A stretch of 64,000 bases of DNA from Psychroflexus sp. (lineage in GTDB: Bacteria > Bacteroidota > Bacteroidia > Flavobacteriales > Flavobacteriaceae): the NCBI GenBank assembly GCA_031581455.1, contig JAVLBJ010000001.1:2568-66567 (forward strand). The letters are read 5' to 3'. Below the pieces are notes generated by a model. That model did no database searches. It was not told the DNA's origin and worked only from the letters and a program-made list of their open reading frames with translations. Within the stretch, counting starts at the first letter, position 1. Every line of letters begins with the position of its first letter. A program made the position numbers and the translations under genes. This document shows positions 1 to 10,167 of the stretch, one piece after another.

Positions 1-1041
1 GCTATAGACTCGCTTAAAGCATTAGATGATTCTAAACTTATTGAAGAGCGAAATTTTAAAGAATACTATTCTAAGCTCACAGAAATAAGTCGTATATACT
101 TAGAAGAAAAAGTATCTATAAGAGCTATGGAATTTACATCTAATGAATTAGTAGATCATTTAAAACAACAGATGGATTCAGGCAAACTGAACCTGGATGA
201 GGATATGATTCAGGATTTTGAAAAAATACTAAACCGGGCAGATATGGCGAAATTTGCCAGGAAACAGCCCGATATGATTACGGCTAAAGATGACCGTAAA
301 AATGTAGAACAATTTACAAACACAGTTCAACAAGCTATTCCAGAGCCTACAGAAGAAGAGAAAAAACGAGATCAGGCCTACCAGAATAGATTAGCCAGGC
401 GAAGAAAGCGATTGAAAATTGCTGCTATAGTTATTGTTGTTATTGGCACCTTAGCTGTGTCTACTTCATATCTTATCGCCACAAAAGGTTTTGATTACGT
501 CAAAGAAGTTGTAACAGGAAGCGCCACAAAAGACATGCTTAAAGATAAGTGGTTTACCAGCGATTACGGATTCCCGCCACTAAGTATAACAACACCTGAC
601 GTGCTTATAAGAAAAAATGCGGACAGCCTACCTATAAGCGGAATTAATAAACCTGAAGCGTCTTATTTTACCTACGGTAAATTATATGGCAACGTAAAAG
701 TGATATTAGCTACGGTTCCGGTTGAAGATAAAGCTATGGATGCTCTTAAGGAAAATGTGCAGCAAATCTACAAGGAGTTAGAAGGCTTAGGCGCTTATAA
801 CATACTTACTAAAGAAAGAAAGTTTGAGACTGTAGATGGCATCGAAGGAACAGAAGTGTACGGTAGTTTTTCAGTAAAAAATCCTATAACCGGTAATGAT
901 ATAGATAAATCCTACAGATTGATCAACTTTGCTTACCAAAAGGGGTTTTATCAAGTGATTGTCATTACTAAAGATAATGATGAATATGCCAATGAGATAG
1001 CAAACAGAATAGTTAACTCTATTGAATTTACCAAAGAATAA
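1..1041 (+). CDS. Conserved membrane protein upstream of batA (bat operon), 5'-partial
   Basis: Frame is open from base 1 (AIDSLKALDDSKLIEERNFKEYYSKLTEISRIYLEEK...), so the ORF-track start at 127 is internal. One TM segment (IAAIVIVVIGTLAVSTSYLIA); stop overlaps batA ATG (TAATG). Confidence 0.75.
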   Translation, partial: AIDSLKALDDSKLIEERNFKEYYSKLTEISRIYLEEKVSIRAMEFTSNELVDHLKQQMDSGKLNLDEDMIQDFEKILNRADMAKFARKQPDMITAKDDRKNVEQFTNTVQQAIPEPTEEEKKRDQAYQNRLARRRKRLKIAAIVIVVIGTLAVSTSYLIATKGFDYVKEVVTGSATKDMLKDKWFTSDYGFPPLSITTPDVLIRKNADSLPISGINKPEASYFTYGKLYGNVKVILATVPVEDKAMDALKENVQQIYKELEGLGAYNILTKERKFETVDGIEGTEVYGSFSVKNPITGNDIDKSYRLINFAYQKGFYQVIVITKDNDEYANEIANRIVNSIEFTKE

Positions 1042-2048
1042 TGATGTTAGACAATCTTGTTTTTGAGAATCCGGCCTGGTTTTGGTTATTATTGATCGTT
1101 CCAATGATAATCCTATGGCGATATTTAACCAAAAACAAACAGCATGTATCGGTTAATATGCCAACGACAGATGCATTTAGCGGACAAGTTGATTTTTGGT
1201 CTAAATTAAGACCATTGCTTTTTTATCTCAGACTTCTCGCTTTATCTTTGTTAATTGTTGCCATGACGCGACCCAGAACCGTAGATGTAAGTACACAAAC
1301 TAAAAAAACAAAAGGTATAGATATCGTGATGGCTGTAGATGTTTCAGCCAGCATGCTGGCCAGAGATTTAGATCCTAATAGACTGGAAGCTTTAAAAAAT
1401 GTAGCCTCTTCTTTTATTAAGAAAAGAGTTAATGATAGAATAGGTCTGGTAGTCTATTCCGGCGAAAGCTATACAAAAACACCTATAACATCCGATAAGT
1501 CAATTGCGTTAAGCGCCTTAGGTGAATTAAATTACACGCAAAACATTAAAGGAGGTACAGCAATAGGAATGGGGCTAGCAACCGCTGTAAACAGACTAAA
1601 AGATAGTAAAGCTGATACCAAAGTCATTATATTGCTAACAGATGGAGTTAATAACTCAGGATTTATAGACCCAAAAACCGCTACTGAATTAGCTATTGAA
1701 GAGAAAATAAAAACCTATTCCATTGGAATAGGCTCTAAAGATAAAGCAATGTCGCCAGTCTCAATTTCTAGAAATGGCAAAATAAATTATAAGCCAGTAG
1801 AAGTAAAAATAGATGAAGAACTATTAAAATACATCGCAGATGAGACCGGCGGGAATTATTACCGGGCAACAAACAGGAAGAAATTAGATGAAATTTATGA
1901 GTCTATTAATAAATTAGAAAAAACTGTTATAGAAGAGCAAAAATTTTATGATTATGATGAAAAATATCGTTATTTAGTTATATTAGGAGGTATTTTATTG
2001 ATGATAGAATTATTGTTAAAGTTTACCCTATTTAGAAGTTTTGTATAA
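1041..2048 (+). CDS. batA: BatA, VWA-domain membrane protein
   Basis: N-terminal FENPAWFWLL and LAMTRP-like TM motif; MIDAS DVSASM; GTAIG; LLTDG; first of the five-gene bat order. Confidence 0.92.
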   Translation: MMLDNLVFENPAWFWLLLIVPMIILWRYLTKNKQHVSVNMPTTDAFSGQVDFWSKLRPLLFYLRLLALSLLIVAMTRPRTVDVSTQTKKTKGIDIVMAVDVSASMLARDLDPNRLEALKNVASSFIKKRVNDRIGLVVYSGESYTKTPITSDKSIALSALGELNYTQNIKGGTAIGMGLATAVNRLKDSKADTKVIILLTDGVNNSGFIDPKTATELAIEEKIKTYSIGIGSKDKAMSPVSISRNGKINYKPVEVKIDEELLKYIADETGGNYYRATNRKKLDEIYESINKLEKTVIEEQKFYDYDEKYRYLVILGGILLMIELLLKFTLFRSFV

Positions 2049-3100
2049 TGTATTATTTATTTGAAAAGCCTGTTTATTTTTGGTTACTGTGTTTAATACC
2101 GGTTATCTTAATCGGTTATACGCTTGTATTTATATGGCAAAAACGCAAGCAACAGTTTTTTGCAGACAGGCCGTTTTTTAAAAAACTAGTGCCGGATCAT
2201 TCACACTTTAAAAGATGGATAAAAATTGTTTTCATATCGCTGGCTATAGGCTTATTTTGTGTGGCATTAGTCAATCCTCAAGTAGGTTCAAAGCTGGAAA
2301 CGGTAAAGCGAAAAGGCGTTGATATAGTTTTTGCATTAGACGTGTCTAAAAGTATGTTAGCTGAAGATATAGCGCCTAATCGCATAGAAAAATCAAAAAG
2401 AATTATCTCAGAAATCATTAATAATTTAGCCGGAGATCGGATTGGCTTAATAGGTTATGCCGGTAGTGCTTTTCCACAAGTTCCTATAACAACCGATTAC
2501 GCCTCCACTAAAAATTTCTTGAAATCTATGACTACTGATATGGTATCTAGTCAGGGAACAGCTATTGCAGATGCTGTAGAATTAGGGCTTACTTATTATG
2601 ATGATCAGGATAAAACAAAAAGAGTAATGGTGATAATAAGCGATGGTGAAGATCACGGCTCTGAACTAAAAAATCAACTGCAACAAGCCAATGAAAAAAA
2701 TGTAGAAGTCTTTTCTATAGCTGTAGGCACACAAAAAGGCGGTCCCATTCCTGTTGATAAATCTCAATATAATATCACTTACAAGAAAAACACAGAAGGA
2801 GATGTGGTTATAACAAAAGCTAATTATTCAACTTTAACAAGAATAGCCGAAAAAACTGGAGGACAGCTGATAAAAGCACAATCCACAAAAAAAGTAGTAG
2901 ATAAGTTCGTTAATATCTTAAAAGATATGGAGAAAACAGAATTTGAGTCTAAGCAATATGCAGATTATAAAAGCCAGTTTCAATGGTTTTTAGGTTTTGG
3001 AATTTTGTTTTTAATTATAGATATGATGCTATTTGAAAAGAAAACAGCATGGTTAAGAAAGTTAAACTTATTTAATGAGAAAGATGATGATAAAAATTAA
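2048..3100 (+). CDS. batB: BatB, VWA-domain protein
   Basis: LVNPQVG, DVSKSM MIDAS, P(I)TTDY, ISDGEDH; follows batA with TAATG overlap. Confidence 0.92.
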   Translation: MYYLFEKPVYFWLLCLIPVILIGYTLVFIWQKRKQQFFADRPFFKKLVPDHSHFKRWIKIVFISLAIGLFCVALVNPQVGSKLETVKRKGVDIVFALDVSKSMLAEDIAPNRIEKSKRIISEIINNLAGDRIGLIGYAGSAFPQVPITTDYASTKNFLKSMTTDMVSSQGTAIADAVELGLTYYDDQDKTKRVMVIISDGEDHGSELKNQLQQANEKNVEVFSIAVGTQKGGPIPVDKSQYNITYKKNTEGDVVITKANYSTLTRIAEKTGGQLIKAQSTKKVVDKFVNILKDMEKTEFESKQYADYKSQFQWFLGFGILFLIIDMMLFEKKTAWLRKLNLFNEKDDDKN

Positions 3101-3926
3101 GATTTTAGCTATTGTTTTGTTTGTTAGCTTACAGGCTTTATCTCAGCAAAATCAGGATAAAAGCAATCATAATCAGTTGATGAAATATTTAGCTGAAGCT
3201 GAAAAACACTTTGAAAAGGGTGAGATGGCTATGGCTGAAGCCGCTTACAGAAAAGCGATATCTATTTCACCAGACAGTGACTTAGCCCGATATAATTTTG
3301 GCAACCTATACATAGATTACAAAAGAGAGAATGAAGCTCTTCAAAATCTAAATGAAGCTTCTAACGCCAGTGAAAACAAACCGCTTAAGCATAAAAGTTT
3401 ACATAATCAGGGTAATATTTTGATGAAGAAGGAAAAATATGCACAGGCCGCTAAAATTTATAAGGAAGCGCTTAAAAACGATCCTTCAGATGATGAAACC
3501 AGATATAATTTTGCATTAGCCAAAAAGCTGATGAAAAATCAGAAACAAAATCAGAACAATAAGGATAAAAACAAAAAGGACCAAAAAAAGAATAAAAAGA
3601 AACAAAAAGATAAAAATAAAGAAGGCGGAAAGAAGCAGGAAAATCAGGACAATCAGAGTAAAAAAGATAAAGACGCTAAAGATAAATCTGATAAAAGCAA
3701 AGAAAATAAACCCAAGCAAGACAATAAAAAAGATCAAAACGCTAAAAAGAACAAAGAAGAAAAATCTGAAAAACAAGAAAAACAAAAGATAAGAAAAGCT
3801 AAATTGTCGCCTCAGCAAATCAAAAATATTCTAAAGGCGATAGAAAATCAGGAAAAGAAAGTGCAAAAGAAGCTTAACAAGAAAAAACAAGAGGGTAAAC
3901 CTGTAAAAACAGATAAAGACTGGTAA
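3075..3926 (+). CDS. batC: BatC, TPR protein with charged low-complexity linker
   Basis: Signal peptide, TPR motifs (ARYNFGN, HNQGN, YKEALKNDPSDDETRYN), K/D/Q-rich linker, C-terminal KDW. True start may be a later ATG (3084/3087). Confidence 0.88.
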   Translation: MRKMMIKIKILAIVLFVSLQALSQQNQDKSNHNQLMKYLAEAEKHFEKGEMAMAEAAYRKAISISPDSDLARYNFGNLYIDYKRENEALQNLNEASNASENKPLKHKSLHNQGNILMKKEKYAQAAKIYKEALKNDPSDDETRYNFALAKKLMKNQKQNQNNKDKNKKDQKKNKKKQKDKNKEGGKKQENQDNQSKKDKDAKDKSDKSKENKPKQDNKKDQNAKKNKEEKSEKQEKQKIRKAKLSPQQIKNILKAIENQEKKVQKKLNKKKQEGKPVKTDKDW

Positions 3927-3927
3927 T

Positions 3928-5712
3928 ATGAAAGCTATTTTACGACATATCATATTATTTATAACTTTATTCATTGCAGATTTAGGCTGGTCTCAGGTGC
4001 AGTTTACCGCAGAACCAAGTCGGGAAAAAATAGGTATTAATGAGCGAGTTAAAATCACTTTTAAAGTTAATCAACCTGGTGATAATTTTACACCACCGAC
4101 ATTTGAAAATTTTAAAAAGGTTGGTGGTCCTAATCAATCTGTATCGCAGCAATTTATCAATGGTAAAAGCAGTTATGAATTAAGCTTCATTTACTATTTA
4201 GAGCCTATGAAAAAAGGCAATTTAAGTATAAAACAGGCAGAAATCACCATAGATGGTAAAGTTTACAAAACTTCACCTATAACAGTAGAAGTAGGAGAAG
4301 CAGTAGATAAGCCCAATGATAAAAATGCGGTTAAAAAAAGAGATGCATTAAACGGCATCCATCTGATAGCTGAGGTATCTAAAAGGAAGCCCTATTTAAA
4401 CGAACCGGTGTACGTGGTTTATAAGCTATACGTTAGCAGGAATACAAATGTCAGAAACTGGCAAGCCTTAGATAATCCCGACTTTGAAAATTTCTGGAGC
4501 AGAAACATAGATAATGATCAATTAAGCGTGAAAAACGGCTCTTTTGCCGGTGAGCCTTACCGCTATGTAGAATTGAGAAAAACCGTATTATATCCACAAA
4601 AAACAGGTGAACTTAAAATCAAACCATTAACATTAAACTTATCGGTAGAAGTTCCTTCAGACCGTAGAGATATCTTTGGTAGAAGGCTATATGATGTCGT
4701 AGATCATAAGATATCAGCTAAAACTAAAACCATAAATGTGCAACCACTTCCTGAACAAGAAAAACCTGCTTCATTTACAGGTGCCGTAGGTGATTTTTCA
4801 TTAGATTCTTCCATTGATTCTAAACAAGTTAAACAAGGTGAGTCTGTAAACCTTGAACTTAAAATTACGGGAACTGGTAACTTACAGCTTTTTGATCTTC
4901 CTAAATTGTCATCACCACCGGGAATTGAATTATATGAACCTGAGCGAAAAGAAAATATCAAAATCAATGCTAATGGGATGAGAGGTAGTGTTAGAAATAA
5001 TTATACCTTAGTTGCTCAAAACAGTGGTAAATTTCCTATTTCACCCGTCACCTTTTCTTATTTTGACCTAAGCACAAAATCTTATAAAACACTTACAACC
5101 GATGAAATTGTAATAGATGTGGAAAGCAAAGCATCATCTTTATCGCCAAATAATTCTACATCTGGAGAAATCAATACACCAGCTCCGGTTAATCAACTAA
5201 GTGGTGTATCATCATTTAAGTATATTAAACTTAATACTGATCTAAGGCCATTAAATACTAAAGGATTTTTCAAGTCGACTACTTACTGGATGTTAGCTCT
5301 AACACCTGTAGGTTTAGCCTTAGCAAGCTTGTTTTTCTTTCTTTACAGGAAAAACAGGCCTGATGATGACTCTTATTTCCTACAGAAAAAACAAAAATTA
5401 GCTAAGAAATACTTGTCTAATGCCAAGCAGAGTATAGATCAGCCAGATGAATTTTATCAAGCCTTGGAGTTAGCACTTTATAACTATTTAAAAGCTAAGT
5501 TAAAAATCAATACATCCGATATCACTAAAGATAAAATCAAAGACAAGTTAAAAAACACTAATGTTTCATCAGCTAATATTGATCAATTTATAAGCACTTT
5601 ATCAAAATGTGAAAAAGCCAGATATGCCACTACGGCATCAGAGAATTTAGAAAATGATTATAAGCAAACGGCGCAATTGATAACATCTATAGATAAAGAA
5701 ATTAAGTCATGA
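3928..5712 (+). CDS. batD: BatD family protein
   Basis: Signal peptide, GPNQSVS, LYPQKTGEL, FTGAVG-F, late TM segment; operon position. Confidence 0.9.
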   Translation: MKAILRHIILFITLFIADLGWSQVQFTAEPSREKIGINERVKITFKVNQPGDNFTPPTFENFKKVGGPNQSVSQQFINGKSSYELSFIYYLEPMKKGNLSIKQAEITIDGKVYKTSPITVEVGEAVDKPNDKNAVKKRDALNGIHLIAEVSKRKPYLNEPVYVVYKLYVSRNTNVRNWQALDNPDFENFWSRNIDNDQLSVKNGSFAGEPYRYVELRKTVLYPQKTGELKIKPLTLNLSVEVPSDRRDIFGRRLYDVVDHKISAKTKTINVQPLPEQEKPASFTGAVGDFSLDSSIDSKQVKQGESVNLELKITGTGNLQLFDLPKLSSPPGIELYEPERKENIKINANGMRGSVRNNYTLVAQNSGKFPISPVTFSYFDLSTKSYKTLTTDEIVIDVESKASSLSPNNSTSGEINTPAPVNQLSGVSSFKYIKLNTDLRPLNTKGFFKSTTYWMLALTPVGLALASLFFFLYRKNRPDDDSYFLQKKQKLAKKYLSNAKQSIDQPDEFYQALELALYNYLKAKLKINTSDITKDKIKDKLKNTNVSSANIDQFISTLSKCEKARYATTASENLENDYKQTAQLITSIDKEIKS

Positions 5713-6467
5713 GAATTAAAGTATTTTATTTATTAACAGCATTACTGTTAGCTCTGTCTGGCATCTCTCAACAGTCAAATGTGTTGTTTGAAAATGCAAA
5801 CAATGCTTATGCTGATGGTGATTATAAAAAAAGCATCAAATTATATGAGCAGATTTTAGATAAAGGACATGTTTCTGTAGAACTATATTTTAACCTTGGC
5901 AATGCACATTATAAATTAAATAATGTAGCAGAAAGTATCTACTACTATGAAAAAGCAAAACAGTTTGATCCATCTGATAAAGCCATAAAAAATAACTTAG
6001 CTTATGCTGAGCAAATGCGTATTGATCAGGTAGAAGCTATTGAAAAACCTAAGGTTAGTCAAATTAACAGGCAAATAACCTTAGCTCTATCTATAGAAAA
6101 TTGGGCATGGCTTTCTATATTATCAGCTTTTCTGGCATTTATAGGTTTAGTATTTTATTTCATTAAAACAAAGACATTACAGAAACGTATTTTTTTTGGT
6201 GTTTTTATTTTGCTAAGTCTTTTAGCAATAAGTTCATTTTTATTAGCAAGCTCACAAAAGAAAATGATAGAAGACCAGCAATACGCCATCATCTTTTCTG
6301 ATGAAATAAAGGTGTTCCAGGAGCCTAATCCAAAAAGCGAAAGAATATTTATGCTTCACGAAGGCACAAAGGTAGAGTTAGAGAGTAATTTTAGAGGATT
6401 TTCTAAAATCAAATTAGCTGATGGATCCACAGGCTGGATTAAAACAGAGCACTACAAAAAAATTTAA
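5709..6467 (+). CDS. batE: BatE, TPR plus SH3-like protein
   Basis: YFNLGNAHYK TPR, TM segment, C-terminal LHEGTKV...KIKLADGSTGWI SH3-like domain. Confidence 0.9.
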   Translation: MRIKVFYLLTALLLALSGISQQSNVLFENANNAYADGDYKKSIKLYEQILDKGHVSVELYFNLGNAHYKLNNVAESIYYYEKAKQFDPSDKAIKNNLAYAEQMRIDQVEAIEKPKVSQINRQITLALSIENWAWLSILSAFLAFIGLVFYFIKTKTLQKRIFFGVFILLSLLAISSFLLASSQKKMIEDQQYAIIFSDEIKVFQEPNPKSERIFMLHEGTKVELESNFRGFSKIKLADGSTGWIKTEHYKKI

Positions 6468-6545
6468 CTTAAACAAATTTGTCCAACAACTGTAATATTA
6501 CTACTTTGCCAGAATTTAAAAATAAACCTCTAAATACCTAATAAA

Positions 6546-8129
6546 TTGTTCAAACATTTAAATAAAGACATACCTTCGAGTATTGTTGTCTTTTTCGTAG
6601 CATTGCCATTATGCTTAGGCATTGCGCTTGCGAGTGAAGCCCCATTGTTTTCAGGCATTATAGCAGGCTTCGTTGGTGGTATCGTTGTAGGTCTTATCAG
6701 TAAATCGCCTTCTGGTGTAAGTGGTCCAGCAGCAGGTTTGGTCGTCATCGTTGTTAGTGCCATCAATACACTTGGCGGTTTTGAAGCTTTCTTAGTTGCA
6801 GTTGTCCTTGGAGGTGTGATACAAATTATATTAGGTTTTTTAAAAGCAGGAATAATAGGATATTACTTTCCTAACTCTGTTATAAAAGGAATGCTTGCCG
6901 GTATTGGTATCATTATATTTTTAAAGCAAATTCCGGTTGCATTTGGTTATGTGGGAGAATCATTTGAAAATTTTGAATTTATTCAGGCCAGTGGAGAAAA
7001 TACTTTTTCAGCCATATCTCATATCTTTGATAAGATCTCACCAGCGGCGATAGGTATCACCTTGATAAGTTTATTGATCCTTATCTTTTGGGAGAATTAC
7101 CTAACCCAGAAAGGCAAGGTGTTCAAAATCTTACCGGCATCTTTGTTCGTTGTACTCATAGGGGTTTTGATCAATATACTTATCCCGGAAGGGTCTGCAT
7201 GGGCCTTACAGCAACAGCAAATGGTGCAAGTTCCCGTACCCGATGGTTTTGATTCTTTTGTAGGTCAATTCATGTTCCCGGATTTCAGCGTCCTGGCCAG
7301 TATAGATGTTTATATCGTAGCTATTACGATAGCTATCGTAGCCAGTCTGGAAACTTTATTATGCGTTGAAGCCACTGATAAGCTCGACCCGGAGAAGAAG
7401 AACACACCTACTAACAGAGAATTGATCGCGCAGGGAACCGGTAACATAATTTCTGGTTTTATAGGTGGTTTACCAATTACACAGGTGATCGTAAGGAGTT
7501 CTGCCAATATTCAATCTGGAAATAAAACAAAGATGTCCGCTGTTTTCCACGGCGTATTATTGTTCATATCGATCATTCTTATTCCTAACTTCTTAAATCA
7601 GATACCATTATCTTCTCTGGCGGCCATCTTGCTTATCGTGGGTTATAAATTAGCTAAACCTTCATTATTTAAGAAAATGCTACAGCTAGGCAAAAAGCAA
7701 TATTTGCCATTCCTTATCACAGTTATTGGTTTGGTATTTGGTGATTTACTTATAGGTATAGGCTTAGGGCTGGTAGTTGGCATTTTAATGGTGCTTATAG
7801 ATAGTTATAAAAACTCTCACTTTTTACATCTTAAGGATAAAGATGGCGATCATAGACATGTTAAGATGAATTTTGCTGAAGAAGTGACCTTTTTCAACAA
7901 AGGGGCTATTATGAAAGAGCTTAATAAAATACCGGAAAATTCATTTTTAGAAATTGATATTAGAAATACCAAATCATTAGATTATGATATTTTAGAAATC
8001 TTAGATGATTATGCGATAAGAGCTAAAAAGAAAAATATAAATATTCATCTTAAATATGAAAAGGGTGAAATTGATAATCCTGAAAGTTATGATGATCTAT
8101 TTAATAAAGATGTAATCAAGGCAAAATAA
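6546..8129 (+). CDS. SulP/SLC26 family anion (probably bicarbonate) transporter
   Basis: TTG start; VALPLCLGIALAS, SGPAAGL, NRELIAQG-GN, GGLP-T-VIVRSS motifs; C-terminal STAS-like domain; adjacent carbonic anhydrase. Confidence 0.9.
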   Translation: MFKHLNKDIPSSIVVFFVALPLCLGIALASEAPLFSGIIAGFVGGIVVGLISKSPSGVSGPAAGLVVIVVSAINTLGGFEAFLVAVVLGGVIQIILGFLKAGIIGYYFPNSVIKGMLAGIGIIIFLKQIPVAFGYVGESFENFEFIQASGENTFSAISHIFDKISPAAIGITLISLLILIFWENYLTQKGKVFKILPASLFVVLIGVLINILIPEGSAWALQQQQMVQVPVPDGFDSFVGQFMFPDFSVLASIDVYIVAITIAIVASLETLLCVEATDKLDPEKKNTPTNRELIAQGTGNIISGFIGGLPITQVIVRSSANIQSGNKTKMSAVFHGVLLFISIILIPNFLNQIPLSSLAAILLIVGYKLAKPSLFKKMLQLGKKQYLPFLITVIGLVFGDLLIGIGLGLVVGILMVLIDSYKNSHFLHLKDKDGDHRHVKMNFAEEVTFFNKGAIMKELNKIPENSFLEIDIRNTKSLDYDILEILDDYAIRAKKKNINIHLKYEKGEIDNPESYDDLFNKDVIKAK

Positions 8130-8131
8130 TT

Positions 8132-8767
8132 ATGAATCAAATATCAAAAATATACACTAAAGAACAGCAGATTAATACATCAGCAGATGAAGTGATATCC
8201 GACCTTAAAAACGGAAATCAAAGGTTTGTAGAAGGCAAAACACTTCAGCGAGATATAAATTTATTAAAAGCAGACGCTACAGGTGGTCAAAACCCTAAAG
8301 CGATTATTTTATCCTGTGTAGATAGTAGAGTTCCGGTAGAAACTATTTTTGACCAGAGCATAGGCGATGTTTTTGTAACCAGAATTGCGGGTAATGTAGA
8401 AAGTAATGATGTTATAGCTAGTATGGAATATGCTACAAAGGTTGCCGGCAGTAAATTGATCTTTGTATTAGGTCATGAAAGCTGCGGTGCGGTAAGTGCG
8501 GCCTGTGATAAAGTAAGAATGGGCAACATATCTGAATTAGTTAAAAAAATTGAGCCTGCAATGGATGCTAGTACTGCTGTAGACGAGCCACATAATTCAG
8601 GTAATAAAAAATACGTTGATAAAGTGATCTACAACAATGTTAATCTTACATGTCAACGTATATATAATTCCAGTCAGATTATTAAAAACCTTGTTGATGC
8701 TGATGAGGTTAAGATTGCCGGTGGTGTTTATTCACTTTCCTCAGGAGAAGTTACATTTATCAAATAA
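8132..8767 (+). CDS. Beta-class carbonic anhydrase
   Basis: Zn ligands in CVDSRVP (CxDxR) and HESCGAV (HxxC); LKNGNQRF; RIAGN. Confidence 0.92.
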   Translation: MNQISKIYTKEQQINTSADEVISDLKNGNQRFVEGKTLQRDINLLKADATGGQNPKAIILSCVDSRVPVETIFDQSIGDVFVTRIAGNVESNDVIASMEYATKVAGSKLIFVLGHESCGAVSAACDKVRMGNISELVKKIEPAMDASTAVDEPHNSGNKKYVDKVIYNNVNLTCQRIYNSSQIIKNLVDADEVKIAGGVYSLSSGEVTFIK

Positions 8768-8839
8768 TGAGATAAATATTATTGCATATTGTGCCCCTAA
8801 ACCAGTTTAATGATGGGTCTCTTATTTAAACTTTTATCT

Positions 8840-8847
8840 TAATTTTG
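8840..8847 (+). promoter_or_regulatory. Putative Bacteroidota -7 box for serS
   Basis: TAATTTTG matches TAnnTTTG, 45 bp before the ATG; no clear -33 TTG. Confidence 0.5.
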
Positions 8848-8892
8848 AACTTTTATTAGTTAACCTTTCTATTCAAAAGCGACCTTTCTTAT

Positions 8893-10167
8893 ATGTTAGA
8901 TACTAAAAAGATTATAGCCCATAAAAGTGAGTTTATAAAAGCACTTGATAAAAGACACTTTAATGCCGAAAGCCTATTTGAAAAAATTATTCAATTAGAT
9001 GAAAGCAGAAGACACCTACAATCTCAAAAAGATGATGCTTCTGCTGAAATGAACAAAGTCTCTAAAGAAATAGGCAACTGTTTCAAAAACGGTGAAAAAG
9101 AAAAAGCAGAAGAGCTAAAGCAAAAGACCACATCCTTAAAAGAAAAGGTAAAAGACCTTTCTCAGAAGCTGGATGAAGTTTCCTCATCACTTCAGGATGT
9201 CCTGTATCAGATCCCTAACACACCCCATGCATCCGTGAAAAAAGGAAAGGACGAAAATGATAATGAAGAGCTTTATCGCAAGGGAAAAATGCCGGATTTT
9301 GATATCGATCCTAAGCCACACTGGGAATTAGCAAAACAATATAACCTTATCGATTTCGAAAAGGGCAATAAGCTTACAGGTGCTGGATTCCCGGTGTATA
9401 AGGGTAAAGCAGCTAAGTTGCAACGCGCTTTGATCAACTATTTCCTGAATGAGAATGAAAAAGCGGGCTATGATGAGGTGCAAGTGCCTTTGCTGGTAAA
9501 TCCTGATTCCGGGACTGGTACGGGTCAACTCCCGGATAAGGAAGGTCAAATGTATCATATAGGACAAGATGACCTTTACCTAATTCCTACCGCCGAAGTG
9601 CCGATAACCAACCTGCATCGATCTGAGATCCTCAGAAAAGAAGACCTGCCTATTAAATATACAGGGTATACACCCTGTTTTAGAAGAGAAGCAGGAAGTT
9701 ACGGAGCTCATGTAAGAGGACTGAATAGACTTCATCAATTCGATAAAGTAGAGATCGTGCATTTTGAAGAACCGGCGCATTCTTACAATGCATTAGAAGA
9801 AATGGCCGATCATATTGAACATTTATTACAAAAATTGGAACTTCCTTATAGGAAATTACGCCTCTGCGGTGGTGATCTGGGTTTTACCTCAGCTTTAACT
9901 TATGATTTTGAGGTTTATTCTGCTGCTCAGGAAAAATGGCTGGAAGTATCCTCTGTTTCAAATTTCGAAAGCTATCAAACTAGAAGATTACAAGTAAGAT
10001 ATAATGATCAGGATAATAAGAAACAGTTCGTTCATACTTTGAACGGTAGTGCATTGGCATTACCCCGGATATTGGCCTGCATCTTAGAGAACAATCAAAC
10101 TAAAGAAGGCATAAAAGTTCCAAAAGTTGTCCAACCTTTATTGAACTTTTCTGTGATAAGTGGATGA
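8893..10167 (+). CDS. serS: Serine--tRNA ligase
   Basis: N-terminal coiled coil; LIPTAEVP, CFRREAGSYG, GLNRLHQF-KVE, EVSS-SNF, TLNGSALA motifs. Confidence 0.98.
   Translation: MLDTKKIIAHKSEFIKALDKRHFNAESLFEKIIQLDESRRHLQSQKDDASAEMNKVSKEIGNCFKNGEKEKAEELKQKTTSLKEKVKDLSQKLDEVSSSLQDVLYQIPNTPHASVKKGKDENDNEELYRKGKMPDFDIDPKPHWELAKQYNLIDFEKGNKLTGAGFPVYKGKAAKLQRALINYFLNENEKAGYDEVQVPLLVNPDSGTGTGQLPDKEGQMYHIGQDDLYLIPTAEVPITNLHRSEILRKEDLPIKYTGYTPCFRREAGSYGAHVRGLNRLHQFDKVEIVHFEEPAHSYNALEEMADHIEHLLQKLELPYRKLRLCGGDLGFTSALTYDFEVYSAAQEKWLEVSSVSNFESYQTRRLQVRYNDQDNKKQFVHTLNGSALALPRILACILENNQTKEGIKVPKVVQPLLNFSVISG

Noticed and set aside
3516-3818. 100-aa Phe/Leu/Ile-rich antisense ORF resembling a membrane protein
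   Set aside because: It is the reverse complement of the A-rich Lys/Asp linker of batC
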